DNA from: a virus
Virus record (IMG/VR): IMGVR_UViG_3300046779_001442
Coordinates: 46,901 to 110,900 of that record
Length of the DNA: 64,000 nucleotides
Reading direction: 5' to 3' (one strand)
Shown here in pieces: positions 11,005-21,763 of this stretch. The notes under the pieces were generated by a model. The model was not told where the DNA came from, did not search any database, and saw only the letters and a program-made list of their open reading frames with translations. The first letter of the stretch is position 1; each line of letters starts with the position of its first letter. The translations under genes were made by a program, and so were the position numbers.

Positions 11005-11312
11005 TGGCAGAACGCAAAGACCGTATGGCTTTGCTTAGTCGCTACTCAAAGCTTTACACTCAAAAATACGAGCAGAAGCCACAGATCAACATAAACGTTG
11101 AGCAATGGGCTGCAGACGCTTTAATTGAATCATATGGCATATCAGAATGCTATGATCTTCTGGCACACTATTTTGATGTTGCACAGAATCCAAGTTGGAA
11201 ATACTTTGCCAACTACGCACAAGATATAATTGATAAAAAAGCACAACTACAAGAAGATATTAAAGAAAGGGCAAAGAGAAGAGAGATGGCAAAGAGGTGG
11301 CTAAGTGAGTAA
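11004..11312 (+). CDS. Hypothetical phage protein
   Basis: Coupled ORF just before helicase. Confidence 0.7.
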   Translation: MAERKDRMALLSRYSKLYTQKYEQKPQININVEQWAADALIESYGISECYDLLAHYFDVAQNPSWKYFANYAQDIIDKKAQLQEDIKERAKRREMAKRWLSE

Positions 11313-12525
11313 TTCAGAGTCTAAACTAATCTCTGCTGTTTTGCAAGATAAACAGATTCACGTACTGCTACAGGCAAACGTTGATAACATTCTCAAGACC
11401 CATAAAGATATCTGGAACTTTATTAGATTATATTTTGAGCAGAATGGTTCAACTCCTCCGCAATCACTAGTTGTAGAGAAGTTCCGTGACTTTCAGCCAG
11501 AATCTGGTGTAGGTGCAACAAAACACCACCTAGAAGAGTTGCAAGCAGAGTTTATGACTGATAGCCTAAAGGATATCATTAGGACTGCTGCTGCAGAGGT
11601 TCAGGCAGATAAGGGTCTAGATGCCCTTGAGTTGCTAATTTCAAAAACATCTGAGCTCAGAAAGAACACTGCAGCAATTCGTGATATTGATGCTACAGAT
11701 CTTGAGTCTGCAATTGCTTACTATGAAAATGTAAAGAAGCAGGCAGAGCTAGGTTTGGCTGGTATCAAGACTGGTTTGCCAGGATTCGACAACTATCTTC
11801 CAGCAGGAATTATGCCAGGACAACTAGGAGTAATGCTTGCATATCCAGGTATTGGTAAGTCATGGCTATCTCTATACTTTGCGGTACAGGCATGGAAGCA
11901 AGGCAAGTCACCAATGATTGTATCACTTGAAATGAGTGAGACAGAAGTCCGTAACCGTGTATTTGCAATTATGGGAGAAGGGCTTTGGTCACACAGAAAG
12001 CTTTCTGCTGGACAAATTGAGATTGATGACCTAAAGATGTGGCACCAAAAGGCACTTCAAGGTAAGCCAGAATTTCATATTATCTCTAATGATTCTGGTG
12101 GAGAAGTTACGCCATCTGTGTTGCGTGGTAAGATTGACCAGTATAAGCCAGACTTTGTTGTGGTTGACTACCTTCAACTTATGTCTCCAAACCAAAAGTC
12201 AGATAATGAAACTGTGCGTATGAAGAACTTGTCTCGTGAGCTAAAGCTTATGGCTATCTCAGAAGAAGTTCCTATTATTGCTATCTCATCTGCTACTCCT
12301 GATGATGTCACTAAGCTTGACACAGTTCCAACACTTGGACAGACAGCATGGTCACGTCAGATTGCTTACGATGCTGACTGGGTGCTTGCTCTTGGTCGTG
12401 GGACTAATTCTGATATTATTGAATGTGTATTTAGAAAGAATCGTAATGGCTTCATGGGAGAGTTTTTAGTTCAGGCAGACTTCGATAGAGGATATTACAA
12501 GTACAAGGATTTTGAGGACAATTAA
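11305..12525 (+). CDS. dnaB: DnaB-like replicative helicase
   Basis: Walker A AYPGIGKS, SLEMS, VVVDYLQLM, IAYDAD, KNRNG. Confidence 0.95.
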   Translation: MSNSESKLISAVLQDKQIHVLLQANVDNILKTHKDIWNFIRLYFEQNGSTPPQSLVVEKFRDFQPESGVGATKHHLEELQAEFMTDSLKDIIRTAAAEVQADKGLDALELLISKTSELRKNTAAIRDIDATDLESAIAYYENVKKQAELGLAGIKTGLPGFDNYLPAGIMPGQLGVMLAYPGIGKSWLSLYFAVQAWKQGKSPMIVSLEMSETEVRNRVFAIMGEGLWSHRKLSAGQIEIDDLKMWHQKALQGKPEFHIISNDSGGEVTPSVLRGKIDQYKPDFVVVDYLQLMSPNQKSDNETVRMKNLSRELKLMAISEEVPIIAISSATPDDVTKLDTVPTLGQTAWSRQIAYDADWVLALGRGTNSDIIECVFRKNRNGFMGEFLVQADFDRGYYKYKDFEDN

Positions 12526-13442
12526 TGGCCACATATACATCCGACCAAATTAAAAAAGTGCTAATTGGTGCAGGGCTAACCATTGAAAAAGAAATTGACT
12601 CTGACTATATAATCTTCTGTCCTTTTCATGCCAACAATAGAACTCCAGCAGGAGAAGTAGACAAGATTACTGGAAAGTTTTTTTGTTTTTCCTGTCACCA
12701 TGTTGCAGATTTGATTGAAGTAGTAATGCATACAACAGCACGTAGCTATTTTGAAGCAGCACGGTATATCAAATCAAAAGAAGGGCTATCTTCAATTATT
12801 GGTGATGTAGAGAAAAAGCTTATTAGTATTCCAGAGTATATCCAGTATGATCAAGTAATTATTAAGAGACTTAATCAACAAGCATTAGAGTCGCCAAGAG
12901 CGATGAGATATTATTCTGGTAGACTCATAACAGAGGCATCTGTTAAAAAGTTTCAGCTTGGATACTCAGAAAAACAGGATATGGTTACAATACCAATAGC
13001 TGCACCAGATGGCATGGAGGTTGGTTTTGTTGGCAGGTCAATCGAGGGCAAAGATTTTAAAAATACCCCTGGATTGCCAAAGTCAAAAATTCTATTTAAC
13101 TTGCATAGAGTTAAAACATCTAATAGGGTTTATGTGGTAGAATCGTCTTTCGATGCTATTCGTTTAGATCAAGTTGGAATTCCAGCTGTTGCTACACTAG
13201 GTGCAATGGTATCTACAAAACAGATAGAGCTTCTTCGTAAGTATTTCAACTCTGTTTTTGTTATTGCAGATAATGATGAGGCAGGAAGTAACATGAGAGA
13301 TAAGATTATCAAAAGTCTTGGAGCAATGGTTACAACTGTCAAGCTAGACTCTGCTTACAAAGACATTGGGGATATGCAAGATGAAGATATAAAAAGGCTA
13401 GATATGTCATTTGACAAATCAATAATGGCCATGCTACAATAA
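12525..13442 (+). CDS. dnaG: DNA primase (CHC2 zinc finger + TOPRIM)
   Basis: CPFH...CFSC zinc finger; VVESSFDA; ADNDEAG; KDIGD. Confidence 0.92.
   Translation: MATYTSDQIKKVLIGAGLTIEKEIDSDYIIFCPFHANNRTPAGEVDKITGKFFCFSCHHVADLIEVVMHTTARSYFEAARYIKSKEGLSSIIGDVEKKLISIPEYIQYDQVIIKRLNQQALESPRAMRYYSGRLITEASVKKFQLGYSEKQDMVTIPIAAPDGMEVGFVGRSIEGKDFKNTPGLPKSKILFNLHRVKTSNRVYVVESSFDAIRLDQVGIPAVATLGAMVSTKQIELLRKYFNSVFVIADNDEAGSNMRDKIIKSLGAMVTTVKLDSAYKDIGDMQDEDIKRLDMSFDKSIMAMLQ
13411..13440 (+). promoter_or_regulatory. Promoter for SSB/DnaE
   Basis: TTGACA-18nt-TACAAT with TG extension. Confidence 0.6.
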
Positions 13443-13470
13443 TACAACAAACAAAAATAAGGAGAACACC

Positions 13471-14124
13471 ATGGGTGTAATTAAAGGGCTAAAGGATATC
13501 AATGCAATTCTTGATAAGCCAAAGTATGAAAGCACAGGAACAAAGGTTCGTTGGGTAAAGCTAGCTGACGGACAGGCTGCAAAGATTCGTTTCGTAGAGG
13601 AATTGGATCAGGATTCAGCACACTACGACGAGGCTCGTGGCCTTTCTGTAGTAATCGCACAGCACACAAATCCAAAGGACTACAAGCGTATGGCTGCATG
13701 TACTATGGAGACTGAAGGTCGCTGCTTCGCATGTGAGATGGCACGTAAGGAGCCAAAGGCTGGTTGGCGTTCAAAGCTTCGCTTCTACTGCAACGTGCTG
13801 GTAGAGGATGGCCTTGAGGCACCATACATTGCAGTTTGGTCACAGGGTGTTACCAAGCAGTCCGCATTCAATACTATTCGTGAGTATGCACTAGAGACTG
13901 GCTCAATCTCAAACCTTGAGTGGAAGCTAAAGCGTAATGGTCAGGGAACTGAAACCAACTATACACTTCTTCCTACCAAGCCAGACTCAGAGCCATTCGT
14001 ATGGGGAGACTACGAATTCCACAACCTTGAGAAGGTTGTACGAGAAGTCCCATACCCAGAGCAGGAAGCATTCTACTTTGGATTCGACACTCCGTCTGTT
14101 ACATCAACCAATATTGATTGGTAA
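13471..14124 (+). CDS. Single-stranded DNA-binding protein (gp32-like)
   Basis: Between primase and polymerase; H...C...CxxC; LKRNGQGTETNYTL; biased high-expression codons. Confidence 0.7.
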   Translation: MGVIKGLKDINAILDKPKYESTGTKVRWVKLADGQAAKIRFVEELDQDSAHYDEARGLSVVIAQHTNPKDYKRMAACTMETEGRCFACEMARKEPKAGWRSKLRFYCNVLVEDGLEAPYIAVWSQGVTKQSAFNTIREYALETGSISNLEWKLKRNGQGTETNYTLLPTKPDSEPFVWGDYEFHNLEKVVREVPYPEQEAFYFGFDTPSVTSTNIDW

Positions 14125-14132
14125 TTAAGTTT

Positions 14133-14164
14133 GATGTGGGGGTAACTTCGGTTGCCCCCATCTC
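14133..14164 (+). terminator. Stable UUCG hairpin (terminator or stabiliser)
   Basis: tgggggtaac-TTCG-gttgccccca; no clear U-tract. Confidence 0.55.
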
Positions 14165-14214
14165 ATCCTATCCTATAGAAATTATTAAAAGAAAAACTAA
14201 CAAAAAGGAAATAA

Positions 14215-17200
14215 ATGAGTTACGCTGGTCTACATGTCCACACACACTACTCGCTATTTGACGGAATTGCAACACCACAGGAATATGTGGACCGTGCCGT
14301 AGAGCTGGGCATGCCAGCAATCGCAATCACTGACCACGGATCTCTATCTGGTCACCGTGAAATGTATCGTGCTGCTAAAGAAGCAGGCATCAAGCCAATC
14401 CTTGGTATCGAAGGGTATATTACAAAAGACCGTTTTGACCACACAGATAAGAAGGAAAAGAATGACCCTCTTGATCTAAACTATAACCACCTAATCATTA
14501 TTGCAAAGAATGCTAAGGGTCTACAGAACCTAAATAAGCTTAATGAGATTGCTTGGACAGAAGGATTTTACAAGAAGCCACGTATTGACTGGGACATCCT
14601 TGAAGAGTATAAGGATGGACTTATCATTACTTCTGGATGCCTATCTGGTGTTCTTGCTAAGGCCATTGAGGCTAATGAATTTGCCTATGCAAAAGAGCAC
14701 ATTCAAAAGTGCAAGACTATTTTCGGTGATGACTATTACATTGAGGTAATGCCACATAACCCACCAGAGATTAATAAGGCTCTTCTAGATCTTGCAGATG
14801 AATTTGGTGTAAAGCCTGTTGTAACTCCAGACTGTCACCACTCTGACCCATCTCAGAAAGAGATTCAGGAGCTTAAGCTAATCCTTAACTCATACTCAAA
14901 TAAGGTTGAGAAGGGTGCTACATATGAAGGCTCAAAGAAGTATGACAATCTAATGGACCGTCTAGATTATCTTTATGGTGCAGATCGTCAAATGTCATTT
15001 AACAAGTTTGAAATTCATCTGCTATCTGATGAAGAAATGCACAATGCCATGAAGGCCCAAGGTATTGACCGTGAAGATATGTATGACACTACTCGTGAAA
15101 TTGTTGACAAGGTAGAAGACTACAAGATTAAGGATCACCAAGATCTACTTCCAGTTCAGTACCAGAATCCAAACAAAGAGCTTAAAGAGCTTGCTCTTGC
15201 TGGTCTAAAAGAACGTGGAATTGAAACACAAGAATACTTAGCACGTCTAGATGAAGAGCTAGAAGTGATTGAAGCAAAGAACTTTGGACCATACTTCCTT
15301 GTTGTACGCTCAATGATTTCCTGGGCTAAAAAAGAAGGAATCATGGTTGGTCCAGGTCGTGGTTCTGCAGCAGGCTCACTGCTCTGCTATGCTCTAGGAA
15401 TTACAGACATTGATCCAATTCAGCATGGACTATTGTTCTTCCGATTTATCAACCCAGAGCGTAATGACTTCCCAGATATTGATACTGATATTCAGGACTC
15501 ACGTCGTGAAGAAGTAAAGGATTACCTAGTACGTCAATATAAGCATGTTGCGTCTATTGCAACATTTTTACAGTTCCGTGGCAAAGGTATGGTTCGTGAT
15601 ATTGCACGTACACTCAACGTACCACTTGCAGATGTAAATAAGGTTCTAAAGGTTGTTGACGATTGGGACGACTACTGTTCTTCAAAGCAGTCAGCATGGT
15701 TCCGTGAAAAGTATCCTGAGATTGAAACTTACGGAGATCTTCTACGAGGTCGTATTCGTGGTACTGGTATTCACGCTGCAGGTGTTGTAACATCTAAGCA
15801 GCCTATCTTTAAGTTCGCACCACTAGAAACTCGTACCTCACCAGGAAACAAAGAGCGTATCCCAGTTGTGGCGGTAGACATGGAAGAAGCAGAGCGTATT
15901 GGTCTAATTAAGATTGATGCACTTGGACTCAAGACATTGTCTGTTCTACGAGACACTCTAGACATTATTGAAGAACGTCATGACAAGAAGATTGACTTAT
16001 TGTCAATTGATATGGATGATGCAAATGTATATAGAATGCTATCTGATGGATATACAAAGGGTGTGTTTCAGTGTGAAGCAACACCATATACAAATCTTTT
16101 GGTAAAGATGGGTGTAAAGAACCTAGATGAGCTTGCTGCTTCTAATGCTCTAGTTCGTCCAGGTGCTGCAAATACAATTGGTAAGGACTACATTGCACGT
16201 AAGCAGGGTAGACAGAATATTGATTATAAGCACCAAGTTATGAAGTCTTTTACTGCAGAGACCTATGGCTGCATCTTGTACCAGGAACAGGTTATGCAGG
16301 CTTGTACAGAGCTTGGTGGCATGACAATGGCTGAGGCCGATAAGGTTCGTAAGATCATTGGTAAGAAGAAAGATGCTAAAGAGTTTGACCAATTCAAGGA
16401 TAAGTTTGTTGATGGGGCTAGTAAGTTCATTTCTCCTAACGCTGCTATGGATCTATGGCACGATTTTGAAGCACACGCAGGCTATTCTTTCAACAAGTCC
16501 CATGCCGTTGCCTACTCAACACTTTCATACTGGACAGCGTGGCTAAAGTATCACTATCCACTAGAGTTTATGTACTCAATACTTAAAAACGAAAAAGACA
16601 AGGATGCACGTACTGAATATCTAATTGAGACAAAGCGTATGGGAATTCCTATCAAGCTTCCACACGTTAATGATTCAGATGCTGACTTTAAGATTGAGGG
16701 CAAAGGCATAAGGTTTGGTCTAACTGGAATTAAGTATATTTCTGACAATATTGCATCTAAGTATATGGCTGCTCGTCCATTTAATAGCTATAAAGAACTT
16801 GAAGAGTTTACGTTCGGCAAGGGCAATGGAGTAAATAGTCGTGCACTGCAAGCAATGAGAGTTGTTGGTGCTGCAACATTCCACGATCAACCACGAAACG
16901 ACCAAGAAATTCGTGAGAACTTATATGAGTACTTAAACCTTCCAGAGTTTAATATCTCTGTTCCTCAACACTATCACGCATTTGTTAGTGATGTAGAAGA
17001 GTTCGAGGAAAAGGGATCATTTATTCTAATGGGGATGGCAAAAGAGATTAAGCGTGGCAAGGGTTGGTCACGTGTAGAGATTCTAGATAAAACAGGAAGC
17101 GTAGGTATCTTTGATGATGAGCAGTCTGCAATCGAAACTGGAAAGACATATCTTATTTTGGCTAGCGATAATCGCATTACTGAGGCCATCCAGATTGATG

Positions 17201-17490
17201 AGATTGGTAAGGTTGATTCGGCACTTGTGAAGTATCTTAATTATAAGCAATTGCCTTATAAAGATGAAGAAATGTTTGTTGTCTCATTCAAGTCACGCAT
17301 AACAAAGGCTGGCAAGAAGATGGCAACACTAACTTTAGCAGATGCCTCTAGAGAACTGCACCCTGTGACAGTATTCCCTACTGCATATGCTAAGGCTTAT
17401 ATGAAGATTCAAGAAGGGTCTGCATACAAATTTGATTTGGGTAAAACAAAGGATGGAACAATAATTATGGAGGATGCACATGCAATTTGA
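14215..17490 (+). CDS. dnaE: DNA polymerase III alpha subunit
   Basis: PHP domain LHVHTHYS, AITDHG; GRGSAAGS; PDIDTD; HAAGVV; YSFNKSHA. Confidence 0.97.
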   Translation: MSYAGLHVHTHYSLFDGIATPQEYVDRAVELGMPAIAITDHGSLSGHREMYRAAKEAGIKPILGIEGYITKDRFDHTDKKEKNDPLDLNYNHLIIIAKNAKGLQNLNKLNEIAWTEGFYKKPRIDWDILEEYKDGLIITSGCLSGVLAKAIEANEFAYAKEHIQKCKTIFGDDYYIEVMPHNPPEINKALLDLADEFGVKPVVTPDCHHSDPSQKEIQELKLILNSYSNKVEKGATYEGSKKYDNLMDRLDYLYGADRQMSFNKFEIHLLSDEEMHNAMKAQGIDREDMYDTTREIVDKVEDYKIKDHQDLLPVQYQNPNKELKELALAGLKERGIETQEYLARLDEELEVIEAKNFGPYFLVVRSMISWAKKEGIMVGPGRGSAAGSLLCYALGITDIDPIQHGLLFFRFINPERNDFPDIDTDIQDSRREEVKDYLVRQYKHVASIATFLQFRGKGMVRDIARTLNVPLADVNKVLKVVDDWDDYCSSKQSAWFREKYPEIETYGDLLRGRIRGTGIHAAGVVTSKQPIFKFAPLETRTSPGNKERIPVVAVDMEEAERIGLIKIDALGLKTLSVLRDTLDIIEERHDKKIDLLSIDMDDANVYRMLSDGYTKGVFQCEATPYTNLLVKMGVKNLDELAASNALVRPGAANTIGKDYIARKQGRQNIDYKHQVMKSFTAETYGCILYQEQVMQACTELGGMTMAEADKVRKIIGKKKDAKEFDQFKDKFVDGASKFISPNAAMDLWHDFEAHAGYSFNKSHAVAYSTLSYWTAWLKYHYPLEFMYSILKNEKDKDARTEYLIETKRMGIPIKLPHVNDSDADFKIEGKGIRFGLTGIKYISDNIASKYMAARPFNSYKELEEFTFGKGNGVNSRALQAMRVVGAATFHDQPRNDQEIRENLYEYLNLPEFNISVPQHYHAFVSDVEEFEEKGSFILMGMAKEIKRGKGWSRVEILDKTGSVGIFDDEQSAIETGKTYLILASDNRITEAIQIDEIGKVDSALVKYLNYKQLPYKDEEMFVVSFKSRITKAGKKMATLTLADASRELHPVTVFPTAYAKAYMKIQEGSAYKFDLGKTKDGTIIMEDAHAI

Positions 17491-17800
17491 TGATTGGGCA
17501 GAAGAGCTACACAAGACTGCCGTAGCCAAGGGATTTTGGCCAGAAGACGTAGATGATATCTTCATTACAAAGCAGCTGATGATGATTGTGTCAGAGGCTG
17601 TAGAGGTCATGGAGGCTATTAGAAAGGATAAGGGAGAAGACCAAATCGCTGACGAAATGGCAGATATCCTTATTAGAACCTTTGATCTATACGCAGGGCT
17701 AGTGGAGCATGGATATACCAGAACCTCTCTAGACTATGCTATGGAAAAGAAGACAAGCTTTAACAAGACAAGACCAGAAAAGCACGGGGTAAAGTTCTAA
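17474..17800 (+). CDS. MazG-like nucleotide pyrophosphohydrolase
   Basis: SEAVEVMEA...DEMADILIR acidic helices. Confidence 0.8.
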   Translation: MHMQFDDWAEELHKTAVAKGFWPEDVDDIFITKQLMMIVSEAVEVMEAIRKDKGEDQIADEMADILIRTFDLYAGLVEHGYTRTSLDYAMEKKTSFNKTRPEKHGVKF

Positions 17801-18813
17801 TGACAGTAACAGTAGAAGATGTATTGGCACAGCTTAATCCAAAGCTACGTAAGAATATTATGGTTGGAGATTCAGTTCCAGAGACAGAGTTTCAGCCAAC
17901 ACCAAGCTTTGGTCTTAATAGAGCACTAAATGGTGGACTTCCATATGGTCGTCAGGTATTGATTTGGGGATCTAAGTCATCTGCAAAGTCATCTGTATGC
18001 CTACAGACAATTGCTCTTGCACAAAAAGATGGAAAGATCTGTGCCTGGATTGATGCTGAAATGTCATATGATAAGTCATGGGCAGAACGTTTGGGTGTAG
18101 ATACATCAAAGCTTATTGTGTCTCAGGCACGTACGATTAATGACATGGTTGATGTTGGTACACAGCTTATGAATGCTGGAGTAGATATAATTGTTGTTGA
18201 CTCAATCACATCACTACTGCCTGCAATCTACTTTGAGAAAGATTCTGATGAGCTTAAGCAGTTAGAGAATACTAAGCAGATTGGTGCAGAAGCCAGAGAC
18301 TTTAGCAATGCAGTAAAGATGCTTAACTATGCAAATAATAAAGTTAAGCCTACGCTACTAATCTTTATTAGTCAGTCTAGAAACAATATTAGTGCAATGT
18401 ATACTAGCCAGCAACCAACTGGAGGCACATCAGTTAAGTTCTACTCGTCTACTATCATTAAGCTGTTCTCATCCGAGTCAGATAATCAAGCAATAAAGGG
18501 GAAGATCCATGTTGGAGATAAGCTCATTGAGGAAAAGATTGGTAGAAAAGTTCGTTGGGATTTACAGTTCTCTAAAACATCTCCTGCTTTTCAGGGTGGC
18601 GAATATGACTTTTATTTTAGGGGAGATGATGTTGGTGTTGATGCCATTGGCGATTTGGTTGATACTGCAGAGTCTCTAGGCATTGTAGCAAGAACTGGTG
18701 CATGGTATCAGCTTGAGGATGGAACAAAGGTTCAGGGAAGAGAGGCTTTTATCGCAAGGGTAAAGGAAGATCTAGATCTACAGGAATCAATCAAGGCAAA
18801 GCTAAATGGCTAA
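17800..18813 (+). CDS. recA: RecA-like recombinase
   Basis: GGLPYGR, GSKSSAKS Walker A, WIDAE, IVVDS, TGG, GAWY. Confidence 0.93.
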   Translation: MTVTVEDVLAQLNPKLRKNIMVGDSVPETEFQPTPSFGLNRALNGGLPYGRQVLIWGSKSSAKSSVCLQTIALAQKDGKICAWIDAEMSYDKSWAERLGVDTSKLIVSQARTINDMVDVGTQLMNAGVDIIVVDSITSLLPAIYFEKDSDELKQLENTKQIGAEARDFSNAVKMLNYANNKVKPTLLIFISQSRNNISAMYTSQQPTGGTSVKFYSSTIIKLFSSESDNQAIKGKIHVGDKLIEEKIGRKVRWDLQFSKTSPAFQGGEYDFYFRGDDVGVDAIGDLVDTAESLGIVARTGAWYQLEDGTKVQGREAFIARVKEDLDLQESIKAKLNG

Positions 18814-18982
18814 GTACACGGTATATAGCGGTAAATTTCAATGTCATACCTGCAAGGCAGAGGTTACATCTCTAAGATCATATCCAGAAACAAAAGAATT
18901 AACTTGGATGTGCAAGGATGGACACATTAGTAGGGTGTCGCTAGCAACAAAGAAGAAAAGGGACTATGAGCGAGAGAAGTGA
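18806..18982 (+). CDS. Small zinc-ribbon protein (58 aa, not in ORF track)
   Basis: Hand translation MAKYTVYSGKFQCHTCKAE...WMCKDGH...; fills gap and overlaps both neighbours. Confidence 0.7.
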   Translation: MAKYTVYSGKFQCHTCKAEVTSLRSYPETKELTWMCKDGHISRVSLATKKKRDYEREK

Positions 18983-19250
18983 GAGCAAGAGAATAGGAGC
19001 TAAGCAGCATAAGAATTCTGGTAGAAATACCAAGAAGGGCGATGCCACTTGGCACAACTTCACTGTTGACTTCAAAGAGTATCCCAAGGGTTTTACAGTA
19101 AACAAGGACAACTGGGCTAAGGCAGTTACAGATGCAATCAGGAATGGTAATGACCCAGCAATCTTTGTTGTTCTTGGCGAGGGTAACCAGAAGGTAAGGC
19201 TGGCTATTGTTGAGCTAGAGTTACTAGAACAATTAATTGATGAGGTATAA
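18966..19250 (+). CDS. Holliday junction resolvase-like PD-(D/E)xK nuclease
   Basis: SG...KGDA...VDFKE motif. Confidence 0.65.
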   Translation: MSERSESKRIGAKQHKNSGRNTKKGDATWHNFTVDFKEYPKGFTVNKDNWAKAVTDAIRNGNDPAIFVVLGEGNQKVRLAIVELELLEQLIDEV

Positions 19251-19257
19251 TATTATT

Positions 19258-19818
19258 ATGCAAAAATATGTAAAAGGTGTTTTCTCAGAAGAACAGGTTT
19301 TATACCTAAAAAAGTATATAGCAGATGAGCTGTCAAAGAGAACGGTTTATGTCTGGGATGAACATAAAACCAAAGAGACATTTCCACAAGAAGTATTTAT
19401 GGATACGTCTAAATATCTTAACAATGTTTCTCTTGGAAAAATTATACTAGAGCTAAAACTTAGACAAGATATCAAAGATAGGGTTGTTGAAATTGCCAGA
19501 AATAATGGGTTTGATGTAGACTTTTTTGATGCAACATACACCGAATATTCTGCAAAATATGGTAGGCCAAATCTTGAGTCGCATACAGATTTCCAAAACT
19601 TTTGTTTGATGGATTACCAGCTAGAGGCAAATATTTCTTGGCCACTTTACATAGAAGACATAACTTATGATCTTCAGGATAACGAATCAATAACCTTTGT
19701 GCCTTCAAAGCTAATTCATGGTAGAATAGACAAAGAGTTTAAAGACGGAGATGTAGTAAAAATGATATTTTTCAATATGACTTTTAAAAATGAAACAGGA
19801 GATAAAAATGAAAATTAA
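19258..19818 (+). CDS. 2OG-Fe(II) oxygenase family protein (leaderless start)
   Basis: LESHTD...DYQL...WPLY...IHGR; TATAAT ends 6 nt before ATG 19258. Confidence 0.7.
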   Translation: MQKYVKGVFSEEQVLYLKKYIADELSKRTVYVWDEHKTKETFPQEVFMDTSKYLNNVSLGKIILELKLRQDIKDRVVEIARNNGFDVDFFDATYTEYSAKYGRPNLESHTDFQNFCLMDYQLEANISWPLYIEDITYDLQDNESITFVPSKLIHGRIDKEFKDGDVVKMIFFNMTFKNETGDKNEN

Positions 19819-20626
19819 TCCACAAACAGGTCTTCCGCTAAATGTTGCACCAATGCACAAGTGGCTAACAGACTTTGACAAATACAATGAAAAGCTTCCA
19901 ATTTATATTGAGAAGCCATTTACAGATGAACAGATTGAGCAGCTTAGATCAGTAATTGAGGCCAATCGTGCATTAATGACTGAAGGTCAGTATGATAGAC
20001 TTCAGGGTAGTCAGGAGCAGTACTACGGTCAAACACGATTCCATCCAAAGAAGATTGTTCATATGTCTAGACTTCTTATCGAGTTTAACTGCCCACCAGA
20101 AATTGAAGCGGTAATGGATTCTTATGCCAAGCCACTTCATAAGGACCCAATCAGGCTTACCCACTACAATTACATTGACTATAATATTAAGTATGGGGAT
20201 GGAAAGCATGCACCAGCACTACCACCACATCTAGATGCAGATGAAAATCTAGTAACCTTTAACTACTGTCTTGACCAGAACATTGAGGACTGGGAAGTTT
20301 GGGTAGAAGACAAGCCATATAATCTTAAGAAAGGTGATGCCCTTATCTTTAGTGCTGTAAACCAGGTACACTGGAGACCAAAGCGAAAGTGGAAAGAGGG
20401 AGAGTTTGTAGAAATTGTAAGCTTTGACTATTGCCCAGTAACAAACTATCGCTGGACTGGTCAGTTTAACCCTATTGATCCAAGGTTCTGCCATGAAGAG
20501 AGAGAAGCATATGGTGATCAGGTAGCAAAGCATCCAAAAATGATGGCTGCATGGGATATCTATAATGAAATGGGTCTAAAAGACGGAATCCATCAATCAG
20601 AGATTGCAGGATTTGTGAATGAGTAA
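19808..20626 (+). CDS. 2OG-Fe(II) oxygenase family protein
   Basis: LPPHLD...GDALIF...VHWR; GGAG RBS before 19808. Confidence 0.75.
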   Translation: MKINPQTGLPLNVAPMHKWLTDFDKYNEKLPIYIEKPFTDEQIEQLRSVIEANRALMTEGQYDRLQGSQEQYYGQTRFHPKKIVHMSRLLIEFNCPPEIEAVMDSYAKPLHKDPIRLTHYNYIDYNIKYGDGKHAPALPPHLDADENLVTFNYCLDQNIEDWEVWVEDKPYNLKKGDALIFSAVNQVHWRPKRKWKEGEFVEIVSFDYCPVTNYRWTGQFNPIDPRFCHEEREAYGDQVAKHPKMMAAWDIYNEMGLKDGIHQSEIAGFVNE

Positions 20627-20921
20627 TGAGACAACTCTTGACATGATTAATGGTCTTGCAGAAGTTGCAGACTATATGCAGGATGAAGAGCTTACTACAG
20701 CACTTACATTTATTGCAAAACTAATAGTAAAACCAGACATTCCTCTGAATGTCGCAACAATTGAGATCGTACGCCTACAGGCAATTGCTGCTAAAATGTC
20801 CTTTAAGGCAACCTGGATGGCTAACGTAGATAAGGGAGATAGAGCGAAGAAGAACCTATACTTTACCGCTGCAGAATCAATCAATAACTTGGTTGCTGCA
20901 CTAAAGTATATTACTCGCTAA
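20619..20921 (+). CDS. Hypothetical phage protein
   Basis: Coupled helical ORF. Confidence 0.7.
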   Translation: MSNETTLDMINGLAEVADYMQDEELTTALTFIAKLIVKPDIPLNVATIEIVRLQAIAAKMSFKATWMANVDKGDRAKKNLYFTAAESINNLVAALKYITR

Positions 20922-20929
20922 GTGGTATT

Positions 20930-21763
20930 ATGGCTAAAAATTTATTAAGTCAGGTAATGTTAAAAAAGGTTGAAGAAAAGCCTAACATGTTTATCAAGCC
21001 TGAAGAACTGATTGCAAAAATTCATCATGGATACACTGTAACTCGTGTAGCAAAGTTTCAAAAGAAGAAGACTTTTGCTCCTAGTACAATCGCATACTCT
21101 CATGGAGAGTGTCCAAGATATTGGTACCTAGCTTTTGATGGTGCCATGTTTGAAGACAATGCAGATGCTTATGGTGTAGCAAATATGACATCTGGAACTT
21201 TGTCTCATGACAGAATTCAGACTGCAATGCTTAACTCTGGCCTCGCTAAAGAGTTTGTTGATGACAATGGTCAGAAAACTACAGAGTTTAAGATTGTAAG
21301 TCAAGATCCACCAATCTTTGGATATGGTGATGCAATGTTGGAGTGGGCTGGCGAAGACGTTGTTGGAGAAATTAAAACCATGCCAAGCGAAGGATTTGAG
21401 TATAGAAAGGCTCATGGTAAGCCAAAGACTGGCCACCTTGTTCAGCTTCTTATCTATATGAAGATTCTTGGCAAAACTAAGGGTGTTCTTATATATGAGA
21501 ATAAGAATAACCACGACTTGTTGGTATTGCCTATTGAGGTTAAACCAGGAAGTTATCTAGTATCGTGGGTAAACCAGGCATTTGATTGGATGAGAACTGT
21601 TCGAAAGGCATGGACAGATAGAACCTTGCCAGAAAAGAACTATAGGTCTAATTCAAAAATTTGCAAGACATGTCCTATTCAGGCTGCATGTGCTGAAGCT
21701 GGTAAGGGAGATATTAAAATTAAATCTCTGGAGCCAATAGATGAAGCACTGTCAATGGTGTGA
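20930..21763 (+). CDS. Cas4-like / RecB-family exonuclease
   Basis: CPRY, GxxxH, GYGD, EIKT, QLLIY, C-terminal CxxCPxxxxC. Confidence 0.85.
   Translation: MAKNLLSQVMLKKVEEKPNMFIKPEELIAKIHHGYTVTRVAKFQKKKTFAPSTIAYSHGECPRYWYLAFDGAMFEDNADAYGVANMTSGTLSHDRIQTAMLNSGLAKEFVDDNGQKTTEFKIVSQDPPIFGYGDAMLEWAGEDVVGEIKTMPSEGFEYRKAHGKPKTGHLVQLLIYMKILGKTKGVLIYENKNNHDLLVLPIEVKPGSYLVSWVNQAFDWMRTVRKAWTDRTLPEKNYRSNSKICKTCPIQAACAEAGKGDIKIKSLEPIDEALSMV

Noticed and set aside
20930-21763. CRISPR-Cas system
   Set aside because: Solo Cas4-like nuclease in a recombination block; no other cas genes and no repeat-spacer array seen.
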